Part shown: one piece after another, positions 41,281 through 51,753 of the stretch
How positions within the stretch are numbered: the first letter of the stretch is position 1
Layout of the letters: each line of letters begins with the position of its first letter
DNA from: Myxococcales bacterium
Lineage (GTDB): Bacteria; Myxococcota_A; Polyangia; Polyangiales; DASUME01
Assembly (NCBI GenBank): GCA_047601445.1
Contig: JASGJH010000001.1
Span: 2,688,001-2,752,000, forward strand
Direction of reading: 5' to 3'
Length of the DNA: 64,000 nucleotides
Notes under the pieces: model-generated
Seen by the model: only the letters and a program-made list of their open reading frames with translations
Told to the model about the DNA's origin: nothing
The model's database searches: none
Translations under genes and position numbers: made by a program

Positions 41281-42342
41281 TCAGTACTCGGCGCGGAAGA
41301 GCTGCTGGCCCATCAGCAGCAGGTCGCCGTTACGGATGGCCTGCTTGCCCACGAGGCGCACGAAAGTGCCGTTGGAGCTGCCCACGTCGGTCAAGAACAC
41401 CCGGCCCTGATCGCCGTGAATCCGAGCGTGCAGGCCGGACACGTAGCCGTCCTCGGGGAAGATGAGGTCGCCGCGCTCGCGTCCCAGGTGCAATCCCTGG
41501 GGCGGAATGGGGAAGGAGTTGGCCGTGGTGCTACGGCCGATCACGAGGCTCAAACGCCCGATGAAACCGGGATTAGGGCTACCCATGATCTCCACGCCAT
41601 CGCCGCTGGGTTGGATGGGCTCGATGGTGTTGAAGCGCAGGAGCTCCTGGCCGATGCGGAAGATGGCGCCATCGCGCAGCTCCACGGGCGCGTCGCGATC
41701 GATGCGCACATAGACGCCGTTGAGCGATTGCTCGTCCTTCACGAACAGCTGTCCCCCCTCGAAGCTGAGGGTGGCGTGGCGTGGCGAAAGGTAGAGGTCC
41801 GCGCCGAACACGCCGCCAACCTGACGACCGATGGGCGTGATGTCGGCAAGCGGGACGACCTCGCCCTCACTTCCGTCGGGACGAATCAGCACCAGGTTAC
41901 CGCGGGCAGGCGTAGCCGAGGGCGCGGAGGGCGCAGGCGCAGCAGCGGGGGCCGGAGCCACCGCAGCCGCCGCCACGTTGGCCATGGGGTGACCGCACGA
42001 GCCGCAGAACTTGAAGCTGCGGGGCACGGACGAACCGCACTTCGGACACGTCAGCGGATCACTTGCCGCGGCCGGCGCACCCGAGCTTACGGGCTCGAGC
42101 GAACGACGAACCTCGGCCACAGGCGCAGGAGCGGCCTGAGTCGGCGCATCGGGCATCACCGGTGCGGCTGCCGTGCGAGCGAATGCAGCGGCAGCCTGAG
42201 GGGCAGGCATGCCTGCCGGCGGCGTGGGCGCCGTGAACGCCTTGGGTTGATGCGCGGCATTGCGCGGAAGCTCTGCGCCACAACCTAGGCAGAACTTGTA
42301 GTGGTCCTGGTTTTCTTTGCTGCACCGAGGACAGACAATCAC
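41281..42342 (-). CDS. Double zinc-ribbon plus double FHA domain protein
   Basis: Two CxxC...CxxC ribbons; IGR...SPRHA...SLNG and LGR...SGLHA...SSNGT FHA motifs. Confidence 0.9.
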   Translation of the reverse strand: MIVCPRCSKENQDHYKFCLGCGAELPRNAAHQPKAFTAPTPPAGMPAPQAAAAFARTAAAPVMPDAPTQAAPAPVAEVRRSLEPVSSGAPAAASDPLTCPKCGSSVPRSFKFCGSCGHPMANVAAAAVAPAPAAAPAPSAPSATPARGNLVLIRPDGSEGEVVPLADITPIGRQVGGVFGADLYLSPRHATLSFEGGQLFVKDEQSLNGVYVRIDRDAPVELRDGAIFRIGQELLRFNTIEPIQPSGDGVEIMGSPNPGFIGRLSLVIGRSTTANSFPIPPQGLHLGRERGDLIFPEDGYVSGLHARIHGDQGRVFLTDVGSSNGTFVRLVGKQAIRNGDLLLMGQQLFRAEY

Positions 42343-42573
42343 CCAAGCCTCCAGTCGCCGAGATGGGGCCTCGTAGTCGAATCCCCGTACGTGCTGCGCG
42401 TATTCGGCAGTTGCGGAGAATACGAGGCGGGTCAGTTATAGGTCAAGCAACCACCGGGCGAAATCCCTACCCTCAGGAGCAGTTACGCCGCGCTTCACGG
42501 CCGGCCCGCTCACGCCGCGCAGGTCCGCTCGCAAGCAAACCAGCCCGGCGCCATCGAGCCGCACCATCGAAAC

Positions 42574-43686
42574 CTACGCCGTGATCTCGACGCGCAGGAG
42601 CTGCCGCCCCAGGAACAGGTAGTCCCCATGGCTGAGTTCCTTTTCGCCGCGCAGTCGCTGATACGTGCCGTTCTTCGAATTGTTGTCGATGAGGGCGAAG
42701 CTGCCGTCGGGCGAGGCCGCCAGACGCGCATGGTTGGCCGACATGTAGACGTCTTCCGGGAAATTCAGGTCGCAGTCTTCGCGCCCGATCGTGCACTGGT
42801 TGTCCCGTGCGCAGACCACCATGCCCTCGCCGCCACCACGCAAGAGCTGGGTGACTCGGAAGGCGCTCGGCCGCCGGGGCGAGGTGTAGAAGTAGGTGTT
42901 ATCCGGGTCGGGCCCGGCCGTGTCCGCGGGGGTGCGATCGAGGCGGAAGACCTCTTCGCCGCAGAGGAAGGAATCACCCGGTTCCAGCGGGACCTGACCG
43001 CGCACTCGGAGGTAGACGCCATTGAGGCTGCCCTCATCTCGCACCACGAGCTTGTCGCCGCGGTAGAGGAAATTCGCGTGGCGCGGGCTGAGCCAGGGAT
43101 CGTCCGGAAACACGATCTGGCCATCGCGACGGCCCGCCACGTGCTCGGTGCCCTGCAGCAAGTAGCTGAGGCCATCGCTGCCCGCATCACCGCGGATCAA
43201 GATCAAGCGCGCCTTGCCAGGAGACTGCATGGCTCCGAAGAAGTCCGTGCGCAGGTCGAGAATCGCCGGCGGTACCACCGCTCCGCATCGACCACAAAAC
43301 TTGTGTCCCGACGGGACCGGGGTCGAGCACTCCTTGCACACGTAGTGACGGGCCTGCTCCATCAATTCCTCCTTCGAGAGCTGGGGCTTTGCAGGTGCCC
43401 CTAAACCAGCTGGCTTGCCGACCGGCGAAGCCGCGGTGGGCGACCAGAGCTTGGCGCGAGCCTCCACTGGTTCGGGCGACGATGCCACATTTTGGACGCT
43501 TTGGGGCGCTGCTTGCACGGCATTCGAGCGTGCCTGTGGCGCCGCTTGGGGTGCGACTGGCTCCGCCGGCTGTGGAGAGGCGGACGCCACCAAGGCCAAC
43601 GTGGACCCGCAGCGCGCGCAAAATTTGGCATCGAGTGGAGCAAAGACCTCGCAGCTACCGCACGCGATTCCGACCCCGTGGCCCAT
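42574..43686 (-). CDS. Double zinc-ribbon plus double FHA domain protein (paralog of the adjacent gene)
   Basis: Same architecture: AGR...SPRHA...SLNG and IGR...SANHA...SKNGT. Confidence 0.9.
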   Translation of the reverse strand: MGHGVGIACGSCEVFAPLDAKFCARCGSTLALVASASPQPAEPVAPQAAPQARSNAVQAAPQSVQNVASSPEPVEARAKLWSPTAASPVGKPAGLGAPAKPQLSKEELMEQARHYVCKECSTPVPSGHKFCGRCGAVVPPAILDLRTDFFGAMQSPGKARLILIRGDAGSDGLSYLLQGTEHVAGRRDGQIVFPDDPWLSPRHANFLYRGDKLVVRDEGSLNGVYLRVRGQVPLEPGDSFLCGEEVFRLDRTPADTAGPDPDNTYFYTSPRRPSAFRVTQLLRGGGEGMVVCARDNQCTIGREDCDLNFPEDVYMSANHARLAASPDGSFALIDNNSKNGTYQRLRGEKELSHGDYLFLGRQLLRVEITA

Positions 43687-43834
43687 GAGTTAAGTGGTCT
43701 CCCTGCGCCGCGCATGGAACGAACGCGCCGACGCATCGTGGTTGGAGCGCACCGAACGGCGCGCGAAAAACATGCCGAGGCGCCTATTCGGGACCGACAG
43801 ATCCATCTCCAGGTCGAGCGCCATCGTCACGCCG

Positions 43835-46800
43835 CTAGTGTTGGCCGGGGGATGGGGGCACGTCAATTCGCGGGCTGGGCGGGTGACAGCGATTGTTGGG
43901 GACCACCGGGGAACTGCCTGCGAGGGCTCTCACCAGGGCCACTGGTTCGTTCCGCAGGCGCTCTGCGCCTACATCGGGGCCGAGCAGCCGTGCAATGTCG
44001 AGCCGGGCCGACCAATCCGAGCTGCGATCGAAGGCGCGCTGGAGCGAGGGTCGCAGGGGTCTCGGGACGCCCCCGTTCTCGGAAAATTGCCTGTAAGAGC
44101 GGTCGAAACGCGGGATCCGAAGGGTCCGCGAGGACGGCCTCGAGCGGCTGCAGCGCGCGCTCGCTGGAGGCCAAAGATAGCCGCACCAGGGCGGCCGTGC
44201 GGAGGCTCGGGTCAGGATTTGCCTCCACGAGAGCGATCAGAGCGGGCGCGAGCTGGACAGCCAGCGCTTGGGCAAGCTCGGTCGAGAAGCAGGGCATCAC
44301 CTCGAGCAAGGCTGCCGGCGCAAGCCCACCGGTGACCGGTGACAGCGCGGACAAGACCGCCTCCGCATTGCTGCGGTCATTGCTCAAGAGCTCCTGTGCG
44401 ACCGCCCCGAGCTGCGGCCAGAGCCAACCCAAGCTCGCATGCACTTCGGCGGGAGCGTCTTCTCGCTCGGTCGTTTGCCGAGCGATCCAGCTTGCGAAGT
44501 AGTGCCTCACGGCGAAGGGCCAGGCCGGCGGAGGCAGCGTCAGGGCGAACGAAGCCACTGCGTTGCCCGCTGGCCCATCCTTGGGCTGGGAAGTGCTCGC
44601 CGTGCGCGGCGCGATGCTCTGCAAGGCCAGGTGGGCGGCGGCGCTACGCAGCGCGACAGCGGGCGCAAGCAGGCCGCGGCTGATGGCCTCTGGATCATCG
44701 CGCAACGTCAGCAGGGCGACGAGTCCAGCGGGGCCCTCGCCATGTAGCTCGTCCAGCAGTTCGGCCCTGAGCGTCTGCTGCGCCTCGACTTCGGACCAGG
44801 CCCAATGTGCAGCCGCGCGCAGCACCGGATGTCGATCGCTGGCCAGCTGCTGTAGCTCCGTCCTGGCTGTCTGCGCGCGCAGAGTCCCTAGCCCCAAGAT
44901 GCCGATCAAGCGCAGTGACACGTCCGACATGTGCAGGGCCGAGCGCAGGGTTTCCGTGGCCTGGTTCCCTTCGCTCATGGCGAGAGCCCACAACACGAAG
45001 GGCTTCAGCCCGCGCTCGGTCTCTCGCAGCAGGGTCTTGAGGCGCGGGATGAGGGCCGGATCGGCCGCACGCCCCAGCGCCACGAGCGCCTGGGCTCGCT
45101 CGGCAGCCACGCTCCCATGTTCGGCCAGGTTCAAAAGCGCAGGTCCTGCCCCGCGCGCGCCCAGCGCCGCCAGCAAGCCCAACGCAGTGGCGCGCTGAAA
45201 GCCGTCCGCATCGCTCAGCGCTTCGATCAACGGTTTCAGCGCACGTCGCGCGAGCCCCGCGAACGAAGCGCTCTCGACGGCATCCAGGCGCCCAGCCTCG
45301 AAGCGCGCGCAAAGTGGCTCGAACCACTGGGCATAGGCCTCCACCAGCAGGCGGCGATAGATGGTGCGTTGCGCATGGGCGAGCGATTGCTCGAGCAGCA
45401 CGCGCTCCAGCTCGGCACGCTGGGACTCCACCAGCGGCAGCTCCCGTGCGGCTCGCACGGCGCGCCCGATTAGGGCATCGTCCTGGGCGCCCTGCACGAT
45501 CGCGAGCCACCAGCCAAAGGCCTCGGGCACACGGCCGCGGGCGGTCTCGAGCTGGGCTAGCAGCAGGCGCGTATCAAAGTCCTGGCGCTCCAGCTCTGCG
45601 GCACGCTGGTAGGCCGCAATGGCCGCCTCGAGGTTCTGGCGCCGGCGATACAGGTCCCCGACCAGCTTCTGGGTACTCGCGTCGTTGGGCTTGAGCGCGA
45701 GCGCCCGGGTCGCGTACGCGAGCGCAGCGTCGTCCTGATACGACTCGAGCGCTAGCCGCACTGCGCGCGCGAGGTGGGCCGCGGCCTGCGTGGGCTCGGC
45801 CACAATCAAGCGGTCCAGTACTTCGAGCACGCGGGCCGACTCGCCGCGCCGAGCGTGGGCTCGCTCGAGGGCGCGCAACGTCTCGACGTCCCCTGATCGC
45901 AGCTGCAGCAGGCGCTCGAGCGTGGGCACTTCCTTGCCGGACTGACTGGGATCCCGCGCGTAGAGCTCCGCCATCAGCCACAGGGCTTCGACGTCTTGCG
46001 GGTTGCGCCGCACGCGCTGCTCCAGCTCGCGCAGCTTGCGGGTCGAGAGCCCCTGGCGCCGCCACAGCGCGACCAGGTGCTGGTGCACCTCACGACGCGC
46101 CTCGGGTTCGAGCTCCTGGAGCCGCAGGCCCTCCAACCACACCCGCTCCGCCTCGATCGCGTGCCCCGTGCGCTCGAACAAGCTCGCCTCGAGGCGCAGA
46201 ACGTCGAAGCGTCCTGGCAAGAGCTCTCGCGCTCGTTGGACCGCCACGAGCGCCTCGTCCACGAGATCATGGTCGGCCAGCGTCTGTGCCAACAGCAGCT
46301 GGCCCTCCCCTTCGGCGCCTGCCAGACGCGGCAAGCGTTGCCAGATCGCGGACGCGGCGGCGCGGTCGCCGCGTGCCAAGGCTTCCTCGCCCAGGGCCAC
46401 CACGTGGGCCGGATCGTCGGGCTCGAGCTGGGCGAGCAACGAGAGTTCGCGCGCAGCCCTTTCGTTCTCGCCCCAGCGGCCGTACAGCTCGGCAAGGGCC
46501 CGATGCACCACAGCCGAGGCCCGGGCGCGTTTGGAGACACTCTCGAGCAAGCCAAAGGCCTCCTCGGGCTTGCCCGAGTCGCGCAGCAGCTGCGCGAGGG
46601 TGGTCGCATAGCGCGGTTCGAGCGGAGCAGCGCGCACGAGATCCCGATAGACCTTGGTCAGTTCGTCCAGCTGTCCACCGCGCCCCAAGACGTGGGCAAG
46701 ACGCTCGAGACTGTCGATGTCCTGCGGGGCGCGCTTGACCTGCGCGCGCAGCGCAGTGAGGGCCCGCGCGTCGTCACCGAGCTCCTCCCAGAGCGCCCCC

Positions 46801-47780
46801 GCCTGGTCCAGAGCCCCTTCACGCTCGAAACGCTCGGCCAGCTCGGGCAGCCGCTCCAGCCTACGATACGCGGCCACCTGTAGATCCCGAAGCTCCGCGC
46901 GCTCCGAGGCCGCGGCCGTTCCCCACGCACGATCCAGCGTGGCGAGCGCCCCCGAGGCATCGCCCGCTGCGAGCTGTACGCGGGCCGCCTCGCGTAACAG
47001 CGGGGTGCGTGCGCGCACGTCGCCACGCATGCGCTCGGCGGCTTGCGCGTACTGAACAGCAGCCTCCCGGTGGAAACCGTGCGCCGACAGCGCGCGCGCA
47101 AATGCCGCGGCGGAACCAGCCCGCATGGGATCGGCCCGCTCGAGCTGGGAAAACAGGTCGGCCGCCCTGGCCAGCTCACCTTCGTCCAACGCGAGTTCGG
47201 CTTCGCCCTGCAACGAGAGGAGCTGCAGCGGCCCGCGCGGCGCAAGGCGCCGCACACTCTCGTATTCGGCCCGAGCGAGCTCCGGCTCGTGGGCCCTTCG
47301 ATGAAGCTCCGCCCTGAGCATGTGGAGCGGCGCGCGCTCCGGATAGTCCTCCAGTGCGTTGACCAAGACGCCCTGGGCGCGCGCGAGCTGTCCCTCTGCG
47401 AGCCACAGCCGCGCCAACACCTCCGCCGCAGCCGTCTCGCCCGGACGCTCGTGTATCGTCTGCTCCAGCCGCTGTGCCAGGGGTTCGAGGCTCCCTTCGC
47501 TGGCCAAACTCAGCTCGCGCAGACGCTCGAGCGCGAAGGTGTCCCCGGGTTCACGCAGCAGCGCCTGGTAATAGCGCTGCCTGAGGTCGGGCTTGGCGCG
47601 CTCGGCCGCGTTGGTCCCTGGGCGCGGCGTCGCGCGCGGGGGTCGGGGAGGCCGCGCGGATGGCCCGGATGCGGGCTCCCTGCTCAAGGACCAATCGTCT
47701 TGGGCGTGCGCGGTCCCGACTCGAACGCCCAGGCACGTTCCCAGCGAGAGCCCAAGAGCGACGATCGTGCGCGCAACCAC
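43835..47780 (-). CDS. Large exported TPR plus HEAT-repeat protein (apparent 1-nt indel near 44085)
   Basis: Signal peptide (AHA-QD), TPR-like then HEAT-like helices. The HEAT-like sequence continues in a shifted frame to TAG at 43835. Confidence 0.75.
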
Positions 47781-47786
47781 GCCCCA

Positions 47787-48656
47787 TCATACACCCTGCA
47801 CAAGGGCTCCCGAATCTCTGTCGTTCCCCTCGCACACGGGCGGGGTACACACGCGCGAACCGGGACAGTCGGGCGTGGCCACGCATCCGAAGGCGCAATG
47901 GCCTAGATGACAAATGCCCGATTCGGGCGCACCGGGCGCGACGTCGAGCGCTGAGCAGTCCGCGTCCTCGCTACACGTGCGTGCCAGGACTGCCGCCCTG
48001 TAAGCCGTGCACGACCCACGCCGGGGTATACACACCTTGAGGCTCGGCAAGCACTCGAAGGCCGTCGGGCAGTCGGCATCCTGCGCGCAAGGCCCGCGCA
48101 GGCACACCTTCTCGAACGGGTGCCCGAGCTCCACGCAGCTCAACGCTGGTCCGCCGGCGTCGCCCGCGGCTCCGCAATCTGCAGCCGTCTCGCAGGCAGC
48201 GCAGAGCGCGACCGCGCTCGCCACGCAGGTGCCACGTCCCCGGTCACAAACCGGCGTGGCCCCCGCACAGTGTTCGTCTGCGCTGCAGGCCACGCAGCTG
48301 CCTGCGGTGGGGTGACAGACCGGCGTGGTCCCCCCACAAACCTGTCCGGCGCACGGATCCTCGGGCGCGCTGGCGTCGCTCTGGGCCACGCACACACCAC
48401 GTTGGCCGCCGCTCTGTACGCAGCGCTCCCGGGAAGAGCACTGCACGTCGGAGCTACAAGCCGGATAGCAGCGTCCCGACAGGCAGAGCCGGCCCTCGAT
48501 GCAAGGCTTATCCGCCGTGCACTCGGGCGCCACCGGTTGAGGTACAGCGCTCGCAGGCTCATTCGACCCGGCCTCGCTCGAACAACCGAAGCCCCCGATG
48601 ACGGCCCACAAGATCAGGCCTCCCACCACACCTCGCTTCAACCGCGCGCGCTGCAT
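47787..48656 (-). CDS. Cys-rich lipoprotein
   Basis: Lipobox GFGC; repeated C-x-x-D-x-x-C modules. Confidence 0.8.
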   Translation of the reverse strand: MQRARLKRGVVGGLILWAVIGGFGCSSEAGSNEPASAVPQPVAPECTADKPCIEGRLCLSGRCYPACSSDVQCSSRERCVQSGGQRGVCVAQSDASAPEDPCAGQVCGGTTPVCHPTAGSCVACSADEHCAGATPVCDRGRGTCVASAVALCAACETAADCGAAGDAGGPALSCVELGHPFEKVCLRGPCAQDADCPTAFECLPSLKVCIPRRGSCTAYRAAVLARTCSEDADCSALDVAPGAPESGICHLGHCAFGCVATPDCPGSRVCTPPVCEGNDRDSGALVQGV

Positions 48657-48766
48657 CGTCCCCTGTCTACACCGAGATCATGCCTCCGCGCGAGCTGCCC
48701 CTTCGAGCGCGACCTCGCCGGGAGTCGGCTAGCCCCAGGGGACCTGAATTGCTACATGCGTCGGCT

Positions 48767-49666
48767 ATGGCCGATGTGTTTGCAGGCTGCACGCTCGAAC
48801 GTCTTCCGCACCCCCGCGGTGCCCTCGCGCTGCCCTTTTTCGAGTTCGCCCCTCGACCACCGCTGCCCACGTTTGCGACGCTTGCTCGCTACCGGAAGCA
48901 GTTCAGCACGCGCGCGCCCAAGATCGCTCTTGTCGCCCCCCGCGGCACCTGGCAGACGCCGCGCGGGCCCATGCGACCAGGCGCAGAGGTCGACGCTGGC
49001 GTCGATTGGCTGAACCGCGTTGCGGACATTCTGGGGGCCTTCGCCGTCGTATTGGCCACGGGTGCCGAACTGACCACAGGCGAACGAGACCAGGATTTGC
49101 TGCGTACCTTCGCCGAGCGCATCAAGGCTGAAGGGCGGCACATCATCGTGGCTCCACGAGGGCTCTGGGAGCCCGAGCAGGCCATCCCTTTCGCACTGAA
49201 AACCGGCACCATCTATGGCTTCGACCCGCTCGAACATGATGCCCCTCCGGGGCCGTTCGTGTACGCCCGCGTGAGGCCCATGGGAGCGCGTCCGCGCCTC
49301 ACCGAGGGCGCGCTGGCCCAAATCGCCGAGCGCATCGCTGGCTCGGGCTGCGAGCAGGCGTACGTGAGTGTGGAGTCCGAACGGGCGCTGGCTGACAGCA
49401 AGCGGCTCACGGTCGCCCTGAACGAAGGACTCGAGGCCGCAGCTCTGTTGGCCGAGTCCGGCGAGGACCTCGAAGACGAGGACCAAGACGAGGACGAGGA
49501 GGAAAACCTCGAAGAAGAAGGCGAAGACCTCGAAGGCGAGGACCTCGAAGACGAAGACGAAGACGAAGGCGAAGACGAAGACGAAGACGAAGACGAAGAC
49601 GAAGACGAAGACGAAGACGAAGACGAAGACGAAGACGAAGACGAAGACGAAGACGAAGACGAGTAG
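48767..49666 (+). CDS. DUF72-like protein with poly-acidic C-terminal tail
   Basis: PRGLWE, FDPL and VYARVR resemble divergent DUF72 proteins; last ~65 aa are mostly E/D. Confidence 0.65.
   Translation: MADVFAGCTLERLPHPRGALALPFFEFAPRPPLPTFATLARYRKQFSTRAPKIALVAPRGTWQTPRGPMRPGAEVDAGVDWLNRVADILGAFAVVLATGAELTTGERDQDLLRTFAERIKAEGRHIIVAPRGLWEPEQAIPFALKTGTIYGFDPLEHDAPPGPFVYARVRPMGARPRLTEGALAQIAERIAGSGCEQAYVSVESERALADSKRLTVALNEGLEAAALLAESGEDLEDEDQDEDEEENLEEEGEDLEGEDLEDEDEDEGEDEDEDEDEDEDEDEDEDEDEDEDEDEDEDE
49547..49660 (+). repeat. (GAAGAC)n microsatellite, 19 units with one GAAGGC variant (15 uninterrupted units at 49571-49660)
   Basis: Counted directly from the sequence. Confidence 0.97.
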
Positions 49667-49668
49667 TC

Positions 49669-51132
49669 ATGGCGGACGAGGCGCTACACGAACGGCTCCC
49701 CGCGCTCGCGTGGCTCTGGAATGCACGTCTCCAGCGCATCGATTCCCCCTCCCCCGGCCTCTTCGCGCTCACGCTATTCCACCAAGGCGAACGCCTCGTC
49801 CTCCTGATCTGGGTCGAGCCCACCCGCCGCGGCCTGGGTTCTTCCCCCGAGCGCCCCAAAGGAGCTCCCGCTTCGGCGTTCGTGCAGCGCCTGCGCTCCA
49901 AGCTCGAGAACGCCCGCCTTACCCACGCCCACTGGCTCGTGCCCCGCGCTGCTCCGCAGCACGGGGCACGAGCCCTCTCCCTCACCTTCACCCGCGCGGA
50001 ACACCAAGAAACCGCCCTAGTGGACTTCGATCGCGATGCCCCGAGCTTCATCCTGCTCGCCGAGTCCGGGCGTCCCCTCGGCGCCTCCGACGAGCGCGCC
50101 CTGCGCGCTCGCTGGCCCGACCGCAGCGCTCCCTTTGCGCTCGGGCGCGGCCCCGGCGTGCCCATCCCCAGCGACCCCACCGCCCTCGAGCAGGCCGCCA
50201 GCGACCTGCTCGAGGCCAGCCAGCGCTCCTCCCAGGCCGGACTCCTGCGGGACCTCCGCCAGCGCACTCAAGCCGCGCTCAAGCGAGCCGAGCGCAAGAC
50301 CCAGGCCATCCGTGGCGATCTCGAGCGCGTCCAGCTAGCACCTCGCCTGCGCCGCGAAGCCGACGTGCTGCTCTGTCACCTTCACACGGTACCGCGCGGC
50401 CAGACCCAGGTGAGATTGCTCGACGAGAGTGTCGAGCCGCCCGAATGGCTGGAGCTCAAGCTCGATCCCACGCTCGACGCCCAGCACAACGCGCAACAAC
50501 GCTATCAGCGCGCCCGCAAGCTCGAACGGGGCACCGACATCTCGCAAGATCGCCTGGACGCCGCCGAACGCAGCGTGGCCGCCTTGCGCGCCTTCCTTGC
50601 CACCATCGACGCCAGCGGCGGCCGAGACGATTTCGACGCCCAGCCGTTGCTCGAGCGGGCAGCCGAGCTCGAGCTCGGCGTTTCAGCGCCTGGAAAAGCC
50701 GTCAGGAAGCGCGCTGGCCCACAGATGCACGTCCCCTATCGCACCTTCCTCGGCAGCGCCGGACAGACGATCTTCGTGGGTAAAGGAGCGGCCGACAACG
50801 ACGCCCTGACGTTGACCGTCGCACGCCCCCACGATCACTGGCTCCACGCCCGCGGAGTTCAAGGCGCGCACGTCGTGATCCCGCGCGATCGCAGCGCCAC
50901 GCTCGCGCCCGAGTTGCTCATCGATGCGGCCCATCTGGCCGCCCATTTCAGCGATCTGCGCGGCGAACCCAGCGCCGAGATCCAGCACACCGAGCGTCGG
51001 TATTTGCGCAAGCCCAAGGGCGCGGCGCCCGGGGCCATCAACGTCGATCGCGAAAAGGTACTGCTCTTGCGCGTGGAACCTGCACGGCTCGAGCGCCTGC
51101 TCGCGAGCGAACGTCGACCCAACCAGACTTAA
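49669..51132 (+). CDS. NFACT family (RqcH/FbpA-like) protein
   Basis: NAQQRYQRARK coiled coil; NFACT-R motifs VGKGAADNDALT, WLHARGVQGAHV and RKPKGAAPG. Confidence 0.88.
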   Translation: MADEALHERLPALAWLWNARLQRIDSPSPGLFALTLFHQGERLVLLIWVEPTRRGLGSSPERPKGAPASAFVQRLRSKLENARLTHAHWLVPRAAPQHGARALSLTFTRAEHQETALVDFDRDAPSFILLAESGRPLGASDERALRARWPDRSAPFALGRGPGVPIPSDPTALEQAASDLLEASQRSSQAGLLRDLRQRTQAALKRAERKTQAIRGDLERVQLAPRLRREADVLLCHLHTVPRGQTQVRLLDESVEPPEWLELKLDPTLDAQHNAQQRYQRARKLERGTDISQDRLDAAERSVAALRAFLATIDASGGRDDFDAQPLLERAAELELGVSAPGKAVRKRAGPQMHVPYRTFLGSAGQTIFVGKGAADNDALTLTVARPHDHWLHARGVQGAHVVIPRDRSATLAPELLIDAAHLAAHFSDLRGEPSAEIQHTERRYLRKPKGAAPGAINVDREKVLLLRVEPARLERLLASERRPNQT

Positions 51133-51136
51133 ACGC

Positions 51137-51169
51137 AAACAGCCAGCACCCGAAGGTACTGGCTGTTTT
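51137..51169. terminator. Bidirectional intrinsic terminator
   Basis: AAACAGCCAGCACC-CGAA-GGTACTGGCTGTTTT. Confidence 0.75.
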
Positions 51170-51271
51170 CCAAGATCGCGGATTCGCTGAACCCGCACCC
51201 GACGGCTGGACCAGGTCACGAAACTCAGCGTTACGTGCGAGGCCCGGCGACCGCGGTCTTTGGCGTGAAGA

Positions 51272-51427
51272 TCAGGCCGCGGGGGCCTTGGCCTTCTTCG
51301 CGGCGCGCTTCTTGGTCGCCTTCTTCTTGGCGGCCTTGCGCGGCGCTGCTGCACGGCGCTTCGCGGGCGCCTTCTTGGTGGTCTTCTTCGCTGCCTTCTT
51401 CGCGGTCTTCTTCTTCTTAGCTGCCAT
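51272..51427 (-). CDS. 51-aa histone H1-like Lys/Ala-rich protein (not in the ORF track)
   Basis: MAAKKKKTAKKAAKKTTKKAPAKRRAAAPRKAAKKKATKKRAAKKAKAPAA*; SD GGGAGG; all Lys codons are AAG. Confidence 0.88.
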   Translation of the reverse strand: MAAKKKKTAKKAAKKTTKKAPAKRRAAAPRKAAKKKATKKRAAKKAKAPAA

Positions 51428-51468
51428 GGTCGTGACCTCCCTCAAGGATGGGTCCTAGTTGTTGACGT

Positions 51469-51498
51469 AGCGTATTGTCACGTCACAGCACCTGTCAA
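51469..51498 (-). promoter_or_regulatory. Sigma70-like promoter of the H1-like gene
   Basis: TTGACA-18 nt-TACGCT on the minus strand, with an AT-rich tract upstream. Confidence 0.5.
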
Positions 51499-51753
51499 CC
51501 TTCAAACGCATATAATTTATACCTAACTTTATAATATTTGGATAGATAGTGAGCGTCAGAAACACGTAAGTACTGGAGATCACGTGGAAATTCAAAAGCA
51601 CTGGAAAGTGCTTAAAAGCGCAAGAAAAGCACGCAGTTGCCCCCCAAAAACGCGATCTGGGGCGCGATCTTTGCCCCAGTAAGCACGGTTTGCGGACCTC
51701 GACCCCCGTCTCGGGTTACAACTCCGCCCAACAGTTAGAACGGGAGGGAACTA

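Noticed and set aside
49547..49660. Tandem repeat as a CRISPR array, or the antisense poly-(Arg-Leu) ORF
   Set aside because: No spacers and no cas genes; it is a simple hexamer repeat in frame with an acidic tail.
51500..51545. AT-rich tract as a dif site or oriC unwinding element
   Set aside because: No TTATGTTAAAT XerD arm and no neighbouring DnaA boxes; fits a divergent promoter region.
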